Source: Octopus bimaculoides
Lineage: Eukaryota
Assembly: GCF_001194135.2 (NCBI RefSeq)
Contig: NC_068995.1
Span: forward strand, 41,149,296-41,213,295
Reading direction: 5' to 3'
Length of the DNA: 64,000 bases
The notes under the pieces were generated by a model. It was not told where the DNA came from, made no database searches, and saw only the letters and a list, made by a program, of their open reading frames with translations. The position numbers and the translations under genes were made by a program. Of this stretch, positions 47,418 through 60,233 are shown piece after piece (the first letter of the stretch is position 1; each line of letters starts with the position of its first letter).

Positions 47418-50400
47418 GTCATCAGAATAGTGAGTTGAACTCCTGCTCAGTTTGAACTCAGAATGTTAGGAGATGGACAAAATAGTGTCTGGGTATTTAA
47501 TCATTTAATCTACCGCTTGACCACCTCTACCATTCCACTGCACTCTGTCACTTCCATCAACATCATTCTTAATCTATCATTTAATGCGTGCGTCTAAGGT
47601 TGGGTCTTCCTGTTTCATTCTTATTCCATATGAATGTGTACATTTGCTGCTGATATAGATGTTTTGTTACCTGTTGTATTGACTGGTTGTGATGTTTGTG
47701 ATGGTGTTGTATTGATGGTTGGTTTGTCTGGTGGTGAGCAGTTAAATCTTTTGTATTGACTATAGTGTGGTTTATATTTGAGACATGGAATATCAAATAT
47801 TGAAATATTCCTGTATAAGTTGTTTTACTTTTTTTTTTTTTTTATAAATGTTAATTAGTTTTTAATCCAAATAATGTTTGTTACATAATTACAATTAGGT
47901 TTTCTTTTGTTGGTGTTTTTTTGTTTTTTTTTTTTTACTTTTTGTGTCTGTCTTATTTGTTAATTCTGGGTGAAGTGTTTGTTGCATTATTTAATGATAT
48001 ATTTAGGAAATCTTTGTTTTTCCCCTCTTCACAGCACACAAAGGGCTCTTAGTTTTATCTTCATCATCATCGTCATCATTTAACATCTGTGTTCCATGCT
48101 AGCATGTGTGAGATAGTAGCACAAGAGCCGGCCAGGCCGAAGCCTGCACCAGGCTTCTGTGACTGTTTTGGCAGGATTTTTACAGCTGGATGCCCTTCCT
48201 AACACCAACCACTCAACAGAGTTCTGTAGGTGATAAATATACAGAGAATATTCTCATCAGCTGAATTCAAATTTATCAGTTTTATTCCTTATGTATCTTT
48301 TCTAACAAGCTTCTGGTGAAAAGCTTTTGTTCCCATTTCCATAGCCAAGAAATTCGTAACTTCCAGTTCAAGAAAGACCTGGAAGGAATTATCAAGGTCT
48401 TGTCTGGACAAATCCCCATATCTTGACACTTGATAGAAAGGTGTTAATGATTAAATATAGTTGTCTATAGAATTATAAGGCTTAGATACTGAATGGAAAA
48501 CTGCTTTTGTAAATGATGATGACTCGTCATTTGAGAAGATTTGTCAATACAAATGAAACCGTAGTCTCCGCCAATGCTAGTATCGTGGAACTGGCACCTG
48601 TGTTGGTGGCACATAAAAAGGAACCATTTACACTCTTGGGGTAGTTGGTGTTAGGAAGGGCATCCAGCCATAGAAAACCATGTTAAATCAGATTGGAGGA
48701 TGATGATGATGATTCTTTTGTATTTGATCTTAATTCCTTCAAAATAGTCTGCTTATCTCCCACAGGATAGCGAGCAATGTCTATTTGCTTCAGTAGAATC
48801 CACAGTGGATCATCTAACTTTACCCCTTGTAACTTAAACTTAGCTTGGGCCAACAACTCTACCGCTGGTTGTTATGAAATTTAGAATCTAACTCTTTACC
48901 CCCATTGCAGGCTCTTACATGACTCATAAAATTACTAATCAATGAAAATCCTGCTACTGTGTCAGATGACAAGGACTCAATACTTCATACATGTGACATT
49001 TGTACACGGACTTTTTCAAGAATATACAGAAAGTATAAAAAAGGCAGACTTTGTGTGTTTACTCAAGCTGTGAACAATAACTACTAAATCTTCTTTAAAC
49101 CATACCCTGTTGTCTTAAAAAGCGAACATATTGAATATTGTAGTCTTAGGTAGACAGTATCTGAATACAAAACAAGATGGGATAGTTATCACTACAGCAT
49201 CTTTGAGCATAGGTCTGCTCTGTCGGTATTGACTCAGAACTAAACAACAGCAACTCTTGGAGGCAGCAGATCTGTTTAGCATGAAGCTAGAATTATCTGT
49301 GGCCCTGGAGGAAGTGATGTGACTCTACATACATCAGTTTTTACTTACTGTAATTTCTGCCAGAGGTGACATAAATGCTAGAATGGAGATAATATAATTC
49401 TTCATATTTACTATCTTTTATTGATGTTGTTCCCACCTGTTATGGTTTTTATGTTTGATATTCATTTGTGAGTCTTAAGTTGCTGGATTATTGACCACAA
49501 AATCAAGAGTTTAAATGTTACTGTTGCCACTTTGTATTCTCTCTGTCCAAGATGCCTAACTATGTTGATTCAAGATTGTGTGACAATGTGGAAAAGCCTG
49601 GTTCTATCTTTGATCCCCCCTTTTTTATAAATATATTCATATTTATTACCAGCATTTAAAATTCATCTTTTCATGCTTGCATATATAAGATCACTCCTCC
49701 CCCCCCATACACACATACATATTAGAATGGTACTCAAAGGGCTTAGGTTTTAATTATTCAGGAATCTCTTGAAAATATGCTTGTTGTCTTCTAGTTAGAA
49801 GCCAAGTGGTTGCTATAGAGATGAGAGGACATCCTCCTGTCATGTATTTATGGCTTCTTCGCATCAGATACCTGGGAACTTTTGCCTTCTTCACAATTTA
49901 GTATAAATTTAAGGGGAAAGAAATTATTGATGCTGTTAATGGTGTGGAGAAACAAGCAACGAAACACATGGTTCCGAGTTCTGTTCCACTGCATGCCATC
50001 TTGGGGAGGTGTCTTCTTCTATAGCTTTGGGCTGACCAAAGCCTTGTGAGTGGATTTGGTAGACAAAAACCAAAGGAACCTGTTGTGCACGTGTGTGTGT
50101 GTGTGTGTGTGTGCATTTGTCCCCCTCCACTGCTTAACGGCAAAAAAAAGATTGATAGACTGTGTACTNNNNNNNNNNNNNNNNNNNNNNNNNNNNNNNN
50201 NNNNNNNNNNNNNNNNNNNNNNNNNNNNNNNNNNNNNNNNNNNNNNNNNNNNNNNTTAATAAAATAAATACTGGGGTTGATTTGTTTCAAGTTGGTGCCC
50301 CAGCAAGGCCGCGCCCAATGACTGAAACAAGTAAACGTTAAAAGAGACACACACACACACACACACACACACACTGTTGTAAGAAAACAAATTCATTTAC

Positions 50401-51449
50401 TTGTTAACATGTTGTGGCTTCAGTTGTTGCTGTTGTGACATGTTGAATAGAGATAAAATGACAAGACGATTTTGTGTGTGCGCATGCGTGCATTATATTT
50501 TCATATTCTGACCATGGGTAAACTCTGATCAAAGGAAAATCTCGGTATTGTTGTTGGTCCTTAATGCTGTGAGTGGGTTTACAGAATCTTCTAGAAAGCC
50601 TGTCTGAGATGACTTGTAGTATTTTCTTTCATCCCTCCACATTCTAGGTTCAAATTCTACCAGGATCAACTTTATTTTCATACTTCAGGATTTATCATCA
50701 TCATCATTTAATGTCTGTTGTCCATGCTGGCATGAGTTGGATGGTTTGACTGGACTGGCATGCTTGAAGGCTGTGCCAGGCTCCAGTCTGATTTGGCATG
50801 GTTTTCTATAGCTGGATGCCTTTCCTAATGCCAACCACTCCGAAAGTGTAATGGGTGCTTTTACGTGCCACTAGCGCAGGTGCCATTTGCATGACACCAA
50901 TATCTGCCATGATTGCAATTTTGCTGAGCTTGATGGGTCTTCTTTTCAAGCACAACATAATGCCAAAGGTATTGGTCATTGCCTCCATGGGGCCCAAAGC
51001 CTGAAAGGAACCAGCCACATAATGTTATCAGGGTATATTTCAATTAAGTTTCCAAATTATAGCAAAGAATCTAAAACGACAATCAATAAAGTAATTGTAA
51101 CATCTGTCTTTAATTTTTTGTTCTGCTTCTTTGTGAAGATGTGTAGTCTAGGGGTAAGGGTGTTTGTTTCACAGTCATAAGGTCCATGGGTTCAATTCCT
51201 CTACTGGGGAGAAAACATTGTGTCCTTGAGCAACGACACTTTATTTCATGTTGCTACATCAGTCTACTCGGCTGTAAATGAGGACCACCATTGCAGTGCT
51301 GGTGCAGGTCTCTCTCCCTCCAGTTGTCACACCCTGAATGTTCTGCTGGGGAAAGAGTGAAGGGAACTGATAGAGAGAGAGAGAGAGAGAGAGTGTGTGT
51401 TGATGTCTACCTGAGACTACAGAGACACTTGGTTTTTGTTCTGAAGTTA

Positions 51450-51751
51450 TGTTGTGTTGTTTGTGCCTTCTCAAGCCATGCCTGGCTCATTAGGGCCGGT
51501 TTCATTGGTGTTTAGGTTCCCCATGTGTAAGGGACGCCGGTCAGTCTCAGATGAGCTGCTTAGATGCAGGAGGAAAGAGTGAGAGAAAGTTGTGGCAAAA
51601 GAGTCAGCAGAAGTTCACCATCACCTTCTGCCAGAGCCACATGGAGCTTAGTTGTTTCGCTCACAAACACACACATTGCCTGATCTGAGATTCGAACCTG
51701 TGATCCCGCGACCGCGATTCTGCTGTTCTAGCCACTAGGCCATGTGCCTCC
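51450..51751 (-). mobile_element. SINE A-related element with a different 3' half (A'); second copy at ~53585-53808
   Basis: Head GGAGGCACATGGCCTAGTGG and CCACAACTTTCTCTCACTCTT are shared with family A. The tail ...GGGGAACCTA.AC.CCAATGAAACCGG...GAGCCAGGCATGGCT is unrelated to the family A tail. Confidence 0.72.
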
Positions 51752-52953
51752 ATGTTCTGAAGCTATACTCGCTCCCAAGTGATAGCTGGCTTCTACCATA
51801 AACTCTATTTTCTTCCTAAGTTGGTGTTTGGATCACAAACTGTTCAGTCAAATCATGCTGGAATTTTTATCTCAGGAGTTATTTAGTCTCAGAATCATCA
51901 TCATCATCATCGTTTAACGTCCGCTTTCCATGCTAGCATGGGTTGGACGATTGACTGAGGACTGGTGGACCAGGAGGCAACACCAGGCTCCAATCTGATT
52001 TGGCAGAGTTTCTAATGCCAACCACTCCGAGAGTGTAGTGGGTGCTTTTACGTGCCACCGGCACGAGGGCCAGTCAGGCGGGTACTAGCGTCGGCCACGC
52101 TCGAAATGGTGTATTTTATGTGCCACCTGCACAGGTGCCAGTCCATCGGCACTGGCAATGATCTCGCTCGAAAGTCTTTTCACGTGCCAGGAAGGCGACG
52201 TTGGTAAAAGTGTCATATCCATAACTTTCCATTTTCCTCAGACTACATTACCATTTTACCTTCCGCACTTACCACAAACAGTATAAATAAGTCACTTCAC
52301 AAATAACGTGTCTAGCCCACTTTTAACTAAATACAAGTTCTCTATTCACTCTTCTTTGTATTAAATATCTAACACCACTTGTTCAAATTATTAGTGTAAT
52401 ACTCCAGTTGTTAACTTGTTATACACTTATATTATACTTATATCCCTTCTCTTTGTTTATTTGTATCTTCTTCCTTTATTATTCTTCTTCTTATTATTGT
52501 TCGTGTTGTTGTTCTCTGATGGTTCTGTTTCGTACATTTTCTAAAATTTTCTTTTCAACCAACCATTCTTTGATTTTTACCTGTTCTACACCATTATAAT
52601 CTTTTAATTCTTTCTGTATGGTTTACACTCTGCATGCATGATTCCAGTTAGTGTCAGTGGTATTTAAGTTATTATTATTATTATTTATTATTATTATTGT
52701 TGTTGTTATTCTTTATTCGTTGTTATCGTTGATTTTAATATTATTAGGGCAGTGGACAACTGAATTGAGAAGAGGTTCGACACCAAATATTATTCTATTG
52801 TCCTTTACATTCCAAATTCAGATCTTGCTGGTCTGATTAAACCAACCATGCCCTTCTGTAAATATGTGTCCTTGTGTCTTTATTAGTGGTCAGTGGATGG
52901 ATAAATCATCTGACCATCAGACTAACTGCTCTGCAGTATTTTATCACACCTTT

Positions 52954-53318
52954 ATGTTGCTACATCAGTCTACTCGGCTGTAAATGAGGACCACCATTGC
53001 AGTGCTGGTGCAGGTCTCTCTCCCTCCAGTTGTCACACCCTGAATGTTCTGCTGGGGAAAGAGTGAAGGGAACTGATAGAGAGAGAGAGAGAGAGTGTGT
53101 GTTGATGTCTACCTGAGACTACAGGTGGCACATAAAATACACCATTTCGAGCGTGGCCGACGCTAGTACCCGCCTGACTGGCCCTCGTGCAGGTGGCACG
53201 TAAAAGCACCCACTACACTCTCGGAGTGGTTGGCATTAGAAACTCTGCCAAATCAGATTGGAGCCTGGTGTTGCCTCCTGGTCCACCAGTCCTCAGTCAA
53301 TCGTCCAACCCATGTTAG
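52954..53318. repeat. Composite local duplication: direct copy of 51248-51422 joined to an inverted copy of 51933-52129
   Basis: Near-identical sequence; shares a private deletion in the C element; CAG microhomology at the junction (53122-53124). Confidence 0.9.
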
Positions 53319-53924
53319 TTCAAATCCCAGTAGGGTTGACCTTGTCAGTTATTTATCGGGTTGAAAGAGTACATATCAATCGCACACTGGGGTTAACACA
53401 GTCTTCTTCTTTCCACCAGATGGCGTGGCTGTATATCTATGTCAGAAACAATTATAATTACTGAGTTTAGTTCCGACAAGAGTTTCAGGAACATCAGAGC
53501 TTCAGACTAAATACCTTACAGTATCTACTTAAGTTCTGGGTTCAAACCCCACCAACACTTTATTACAAACTTTATTTGTAACGCTGTTTGTTCTTTCTTG
53601 AGCCATGCCTGGCTCATAAGGGCCAGTTTCCCGGTTTCATTGGCGTATAGGTTCCCCACCTGGACAGGATGCCAGTCCATCTCAGGTGAGCTGCTAGATG
53701 CAGGAGGAAAGAGTGAGAGAAGGTTGTGGCGAAAGTTCACCATTACCTTCTGCTGGAGTCGCGTAGAGCTGCGAGTCCACTGCTCTAACCACTAGACCAT
53801 GTGCATCCACTGGTCTGATAAAGTAGGTACCAGTAATATACTGAGGTCAATTCAGCTAATTATGCCCCCCCTCCCTTCATCTTCCTATTTGATTGTGGGT
53901 TGGCGCCAATCTGACAAACTATTA

Positions 53925-54322
53925 CTCTCTTTTACTTGTTTCAGTCATTTGACTGCGGCCATGCTGGAGCACCATCTTTAGTCGAGCAAATCGACCCCAG
54001 GACTTATTTTTTGTAAGCCTAGTACTTATTCTATCTGTTTCTTTTGCCGAACCGCTAAGTTACGGGGACGTAAACACACCACCATCGGTTGTCAAGCGAT
54101 GGTGGGGGGGGGGGGACAAACACAGACACACAAACACACATACATATATATATATATACGACGAGCTTCTTTCAGTTTCCGTCTACCAAATCCACTCTCA
54201 AGGCTTTGGTCGGCCCGAGGCTATAGTAGAAGACACTTGCCCAAGGTGCCACGCAGTGGGACTGAACCCGGAACCATGTGGTTGGTAAGCAAGCTACTTA
54301 ACCACACAGCCACTCCTGCACC
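53925..54322 (-). mobile_element. Full-length SINE family D
   Basis: Complete reverse-complement copy with (CA)n(TA)n core. Confidence 0.9.
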
Positions 54323-56109
54323 TATTCTATATTTTTAAAGTTTTGTAGATATTAAAATTGGTTGAGCAACAGACATAATGCTTTGTGCTATTTAATTATG
54401 TCTCTTTATGTTCTAAGTTCAAATCTCACTGAAGTTAACTTCAAGTTTAATTTCTCAGACTTGTGGGTGAGGGTAACATTAGAATTAGTAAATGAGTACT
54501 AGGGTGACTAGGGAGGTCACCCTAACACCCACCACCCAATAAAAAAATTCCTGGCTTACCTAAGAAATTATTATTTAGTATCGTTATCAGTTTTATTTTG
54601 TATTTTCTTATTTGATTTTGTTTTCATTTTTCTCTGTAAATATTTCTTCCTGGTTTATATTAACGAATTCATGTTAAAATATTTGAGTTATTCACATTGA
54701 TTCCTATTTTCCCTGTGTCTAATTATCTACACACTGCTTACATTTTACTGTATATTTATTTATATATGTTTAAACTGGCCCTTTTTCCTTTCCCCTGCCA
54801 TACTGGTAGGTATAATCCTGTGCTTTGTGCTTACCCCAGTTCTTTTTAAAATGCCAAGTACACCTGAGAAAATATGTCTCCTGGAATAGAACACCTATCG
54901 TTGGTTATAAATTTTTGTCTGTGGATGCAGGATTTGAACTCAGCACTAGGCTGTCACTAAGCTCCTCTCAGTAATACAGTGGGTGTCTATCCTACTGCCA
55001 ACAAAAGTGATCTGCACCTCCACATGGTACCTATTTGTAAGCTTATGGAGTGAGGGTCTTCAGTATCTTTGTAGACGGAGCAACAGAAATCCAGTCAAAC
55101 ACTCAAATAATCCATTGATACTGGTGCTATGTATACAGCTGTAACCCTCAGATATTGGTGGTATTGTTTATACTTCACTTTTGTAATTAGGGATAACATA
55201 GCATAATTAAAACATATTTCATTGACTCGCACTGCCCTTCTTGTGAAACAGCCAACTTGACCCAGCAAAGTTAATGTGGCTTGACCAGTAAGATTTGAAC
55301 TCATGATCTAGTGGTCTGTGGTCCACTATTTTAACCATAACAAACCAAGCCTTTAATTCCCAGAAGTCCTGTCTCACTTTATATTCTCTATGTACACCTT
55401 GTGCTTCCCTACCATCGTTAATAGTGCAGAAGGAGGAAGGACTCTGCTATAGTTTGTGGTTCCTAAACTTGTTTGGCCTGCTGCCCTCGTGGCACATGAG
55501 CCCCATTCCTATCATGCCCACCACCATCATGAACATGGAACACTTTCTGCAGCAAATTCCTAACAACTGTATTTCACAAACAAAACTTAACCTAATTAAC
55601 CCATTATTTCATTGTTCTGGCCACCCCATCCNNNNNNNNNNNNNNNNNNNNNNNNNNNNNNCCCCCCCAGATCATTCCACTGCTCACAGTGGGGTGGTAC
55701 CACCCTCTTCCAGAACCACCAGTTTATATCATCATCATCATCATCATCAACATGTTTCTTTTTCTTACCTGGTATTTGTTGGGTGGTTCAAGTGCACAGC
55801 ATCTTCCAAAATGCAGGTTTGTGGTTGTGGTTTTGAATTGGTGGTGTGATTCTGAAGAGTAAGATGCCATATCTTTCTGCAACTGTTGTGATTAATTTAG
55901 GCATGTTTGTTTTGGTACCAATGCTGGAAGTGTTTTCTTTCTCTTTTGGGGTCCTCTCCACCTTCTGGGTGTCGTGCCGGTTATAAGTTACCACTGGCCG
56001 AAACAAAACTAAAAAGATGTGTTTGTTATGTATATCAGTGTAGAGGTAATTCTACTAGAGATAGTTAGGGTGGCAATTGCATTCATTTAGCTTGTTCAGA
56101 AGGATGGAG

Positions 56110-56715
56110 AACTTTATAGTAGTGGTAGAAGAGACAGGGAGAGGACACAATGTATGTGAGCATGTGGTGGTTGTAGTTGAAAGTACAAGAGAGAGAGAGA
56201 AGGTGCAGTATGTCTTTGAGTCAGTGGCTGTTGTAGTAGGAGTAAATGAGACAACAGTATGTGATCCTGTGGGTATTGTAGAAGTAGAAGAGACTAGCAG
56301 AGGACACTATGTCTGTGATCCAGTGGGTATTGTAGAAGAGACAAGGCAAGGACACTATGTCTGTGAGCCTGTGGCTGTTGTGGAGGAGGTATAAGAGACA
56401 AGGTTGAAGAGACATGGCAGTGAGCTAGCAGAAACATTAGCATGCCGGGCGAAATGCTTAGCGGTATTTCGTCTGCCGTTATGTTCTGAGTTCAAATTCC
56501 GCCGAGGTTGACTTTGCCTTTCAACCTTTCGGGGTCGATTAAATAAATACCAGTTACGCACTGGGGTCGATGTAATCGACTTAATCCCTTTGTCTGTTCT
56601 TGTTTCTCCCTTCTATGTTTAGCCCCTTGTGGGCAATAAAGAAATAAGAAGAGACAAGGAGAGGACACTGTGTCTGTGAGCCTCTGGGTATTGTAGAAGT
56701 GGTAGGAGAGACAAG
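56110..56715. repeat. Degenerate ~50-60 bp minisatellite interrupted by a SINE B (~56416-56647)
   Basis: Repeated GTAGAAGAGAC...GAGGACACTATGTCTGTGA. The SINE is flanked by GAAGAGACA on both sides. Confidence 0.8.
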
Positions 56716-57346
56716 GAATACCCTTTTCTTTTAGTGATGATATTCTTGTAGGGGCACCTAAACTTTCCAGATTTTGTGGCTGGCTAACATCCTCCTCATG
56801 TTGTAGTAGGCTGTGGCTGTCTTCTGTCTCCTCCTTTTGTCTGTACTGTTGTTTCCATGTTATGGTTGAATCATTTTGAGATTTTAGGGGAGTTACAAGT
56901 TTTGGTTGTGTGAAGGAAGTGAAGCGACTTGCTTGAGGGTTCGGTTTTGCGCCGACCCGCCATCTTCATCAATTAGGTATGAAGTGAAGTGATTGATATT
57001 TCTTATTCGTCTGTATGTGTATGTCTCTATGCACATGTGCATATATCTCTCTATGTGAGTACGTGTATGAATATTTGTGTGTTTGTGTATATATACATAT
57101 GTATGTATATTATCATATACACTCATGCATGGAGTTTTTTCTTTCCTCTACTTAATACAACAAACCTTCCTTCATTGGTTCTTTCTCCCTGGGTATCTTT
57201 TTTCAACACTACCTTCTTTTCCCTCATCCTCCTCTTCCTCTGTCTGTCTGTCTGTCTGTATGTCCCCTTCTCTCTCCATGTAAACTTACATCGAACTAAA
57301 CCCGAAACAATGAATGAATCGACGCTCGTTGGTTTATATTTTCCAG

Positions 57347-57448
57347 GCAAATGAAATTGCCTTTATCAACTCTTTGGAGGCTCAAAACAAGAGGCATGAC
57401 ATTCTCTCGAAGCACCAGGAGTCTGAAGCCAGATTGCAGGACATGCAA
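57347..57448 (+). CDS. SCAPER: SCAPER exon: ANEIAFINSLEAQNKRHDILSKHQESEARLQDMQ
   Basis: ttttccag| acceptor and |gtaggt donor, phases 0/0. Near-identical to NEIAFINTLEAQNKRHDVLSK. Confidence 0.96.
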
Positions 57449-57549
57449 GTAGGTGCACCAACTTGCAGCTTTGGGGAGGTTGGGGATCACTCACACAACA
57501 CATGCACGAACGTATGTTTGTCTGTGTGTGTGTGTGTGTGCGTATATAC

Positions 57550-57596
<47 letters not shown>

Positions 57597-57806
57597 TTTG
57601 TGAGTATATGCATGTGTGTATATATGTGTTTGAGTACATGTATTTATATATATATATGTGTGTGTGCTTGTGTATGCATTGATGCGTGTATATATGTGTG
57701 TATGTATGGGTGTATACATATATATGTATACATGTACACAAACATTACTATTACTACTATTTCAAAAATTACTGACCCTGCTGTTACTATGTCACAAATG
57801 TATCAA

Positions 57807-57837
<31 letters not shown>

Positions 57838-57895
57838 TTATTGCTGTTGCTTCTACAAACACCACCATGGCTACTAATTAATGTCATATTATTAC

Positions 57896-57926
<31 letters not shown>

Positions 57927-59001
57927 TCCACCACCACAACCTCTCTTGCTTGTTGATAGAGTTAATGTTTTAGTTGTAATCATTTCTAGAGAAGTGGGTA
58001 AAAAACTTATATATGGCTTCTTGTTTGTGTGTCCCTTACTTGGAAACAAGGTTTGTTGACAGGGTTAGGGTGTCCCACTGTAGAATACAGCTTCAACCAG
58101 ATTTATCCAACTCGGACCAGGATGGAAACTATGAGCATAAGAATGATGAAGTTACATGATGTTCTTAGATTGATAAATCTCAAAGTGTACTTGGTTATGT
58201 GTCAAATGGTAAGGGATATTACTTTGTCAGCATCACAGTTGTTTGGCACTGCTAAAGGGAGTGATACTGTCAGAAGGTCGTCAGACCATTGTCATTTCTA
58301 TTCAACATGTGATAAACTGGGTGTTCTTGAATGTAAATTATATGATAAATTGATAAATTTTAGCCTGGTTAGCTTTCATACAAATCAGAAAAATGTTTTG
58401 TTTACCGATTTCTATATCAGAACAAGCATTTCCAGCTTGGCTCAGAACATCTGCTGTATTCATCCCTGAGGAGACTAAATCAAGTCAAAACTACTGTGTC
58501 TGGTGATCCGCCAGGGTTCTGAGCAAAGCCTTTGATTTTTAACACAAATCTTGTTGAGAAATTTTCTCTAAGACAAAATATTACATCAAGTGCTGTTCCA
58601 TGTTGGTGTATACAGTATAAATGTTTTTATATACTCGGTTTCTTTTAGTTTCTGTTTGAGTTTCACTCACAAGGTTTTGGTTGGCCAAGGACTGTAGTCA
58701 AAGACAATTAGCCACAGTGCTGTGGGACTGAACCTGAAACCACAAGGTTGAGAAGAAATATTCTTAACCATACAGCCATGCCTGTATTTGTGCATGTGTG
58801 TGTGTATATATGACTGGCCCTCGTGCCGGTGGCACGTAAAACGCCCACTACACTCTCGGAGTGGTTGGCGTTAGGAAGAGCATCCAGCTGTAGAAACTCT
58901 GCCAAATCAGATTGGAGCCAGGTGTCGCCTCCTGGTCCACCAGTCCTCAGTCGAATCGTCCAACCCATGCTAGCATGGAAAGCGGACGTTAAACGATGAT
59001 G

Positions 59002-59099
<98 letters not shown>

Positions 59100-59191
59100 A
59101 CACACACGCACACACACATGCACATATATATTAATAATAATTATGGATCTTCCATGTTGACATGGATAAGGTAGTTTGTCAGGATCTCATG

Positions 59192-59491
59192 CAGTGGTTC
59201 TCAATCAGGGTCCATGTGACCCTTGGAGGTCTATCCCGTTTTTTTGTTTTGCTAAAATTTATCTACAATAAAATTGGTTATGCTTCTGCAATATACAAAA
59301 TATTTTAGCAATTTTTTTTATCCGATTCCTTATAACATTTAAATAATAAAAATGTAATAGGAATTTTTAAACATGGAAAAAAAAATTCACAAACGTTAGG
59401 TAAAATTTAAACATGGAATGGCAATGAGGATCCATCCTTGTGAAATATGAATCAAAGGGCTCCATATGTAGAAAATGGTTGAGAACCACTG
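59192..59491. mobile_element. hAT-like MITE
   Basis: Perfect 13-bp TIRs CAGTGGTTCTCAA / TTGAGAACCACTG; flanks atctcatg / atctgata match at 6 of 8 positions. Confidence 0.82.
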
Positions 59492-59534
59492 ATCTGATAG
59501 GTTGGAGGATTGCATCGTGCTCCAGTGTTTGCTT

Positions 59535-59733
59535 TATACTCTTTTACTCTTTTTAGCCATTTGACTGCGGCCATGCTGGAGCACCGCCATTAGTCGAGAA
59601 AATCGACCCCAGGACTTATTCGTTGGATGCCTAGTACTTATTCTGTTGGTCTCTTTTGCCGGCCGAACCGCTAAGTTACTGGGACGTAAATACACCAGCA
59701 TCGGTTGTCAAGCAATGTTGGTGGGGTCAAACA

Positions 59734-59769
<36 letters not shown>

Positions 59770-60039
59770 NNNNNNNNNNNNNNNNNNNNNNNNNNNNNNN
59801 NNNNNNNNNNNNNNNNNNNNNNNNNNNNNNNNNNNNNNNNNNNNNNNNNNNNNNNNNNNNNNNNNNNNNNNNNNNNNNNNNNNNNNNNNNNNNNNNNNNN
59901 NNNNNNNNNNNNNNNNNNNNNNNNNNNNNNNNNNNNNNNNNNNNNNNNNNNNNNNNNNNNNNNNNNNNNNNNNNNNNNNNNNNNNNNNNNNNNNNNNNNN
60001 NNNNNNNNNNNNNNNNNNNNNNNNNNNNNNNNNNNNNNN

Positions 60040-60072
<33 letters not shown>

Positions 60073-60233
60073 TACGACAGGCTTCTTTCAGTTTCTGTCT
60101 ACCAAATCCACTCACAAGGCTTTGGTCGGCCCGAGGCTATAGTAGAAGACACTTGCTCAAGGTGTCACACAGTGGGAATGAACCCGGAACCATGTCGTTG
60201 GTAAGCAAGCTACTTACCACACAGCCACTCCTG
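59535..60233 (-). mobile_element. SINE family D with an N-gap in its internal microsatellite
   Basis: D tail to the left and D head to the right of gap 59770-60039, which is bordered by (CA)n and (TA)n. Confidence 0.88.

Noticed and set aside
56077-56394. 105-aa Val/Glu-rich repeat ORF
   Set aside because: Translation of an intronic minisatellite later interrupted by a SINE; SCAPER needs no exon between EEAK and ANEIAF.
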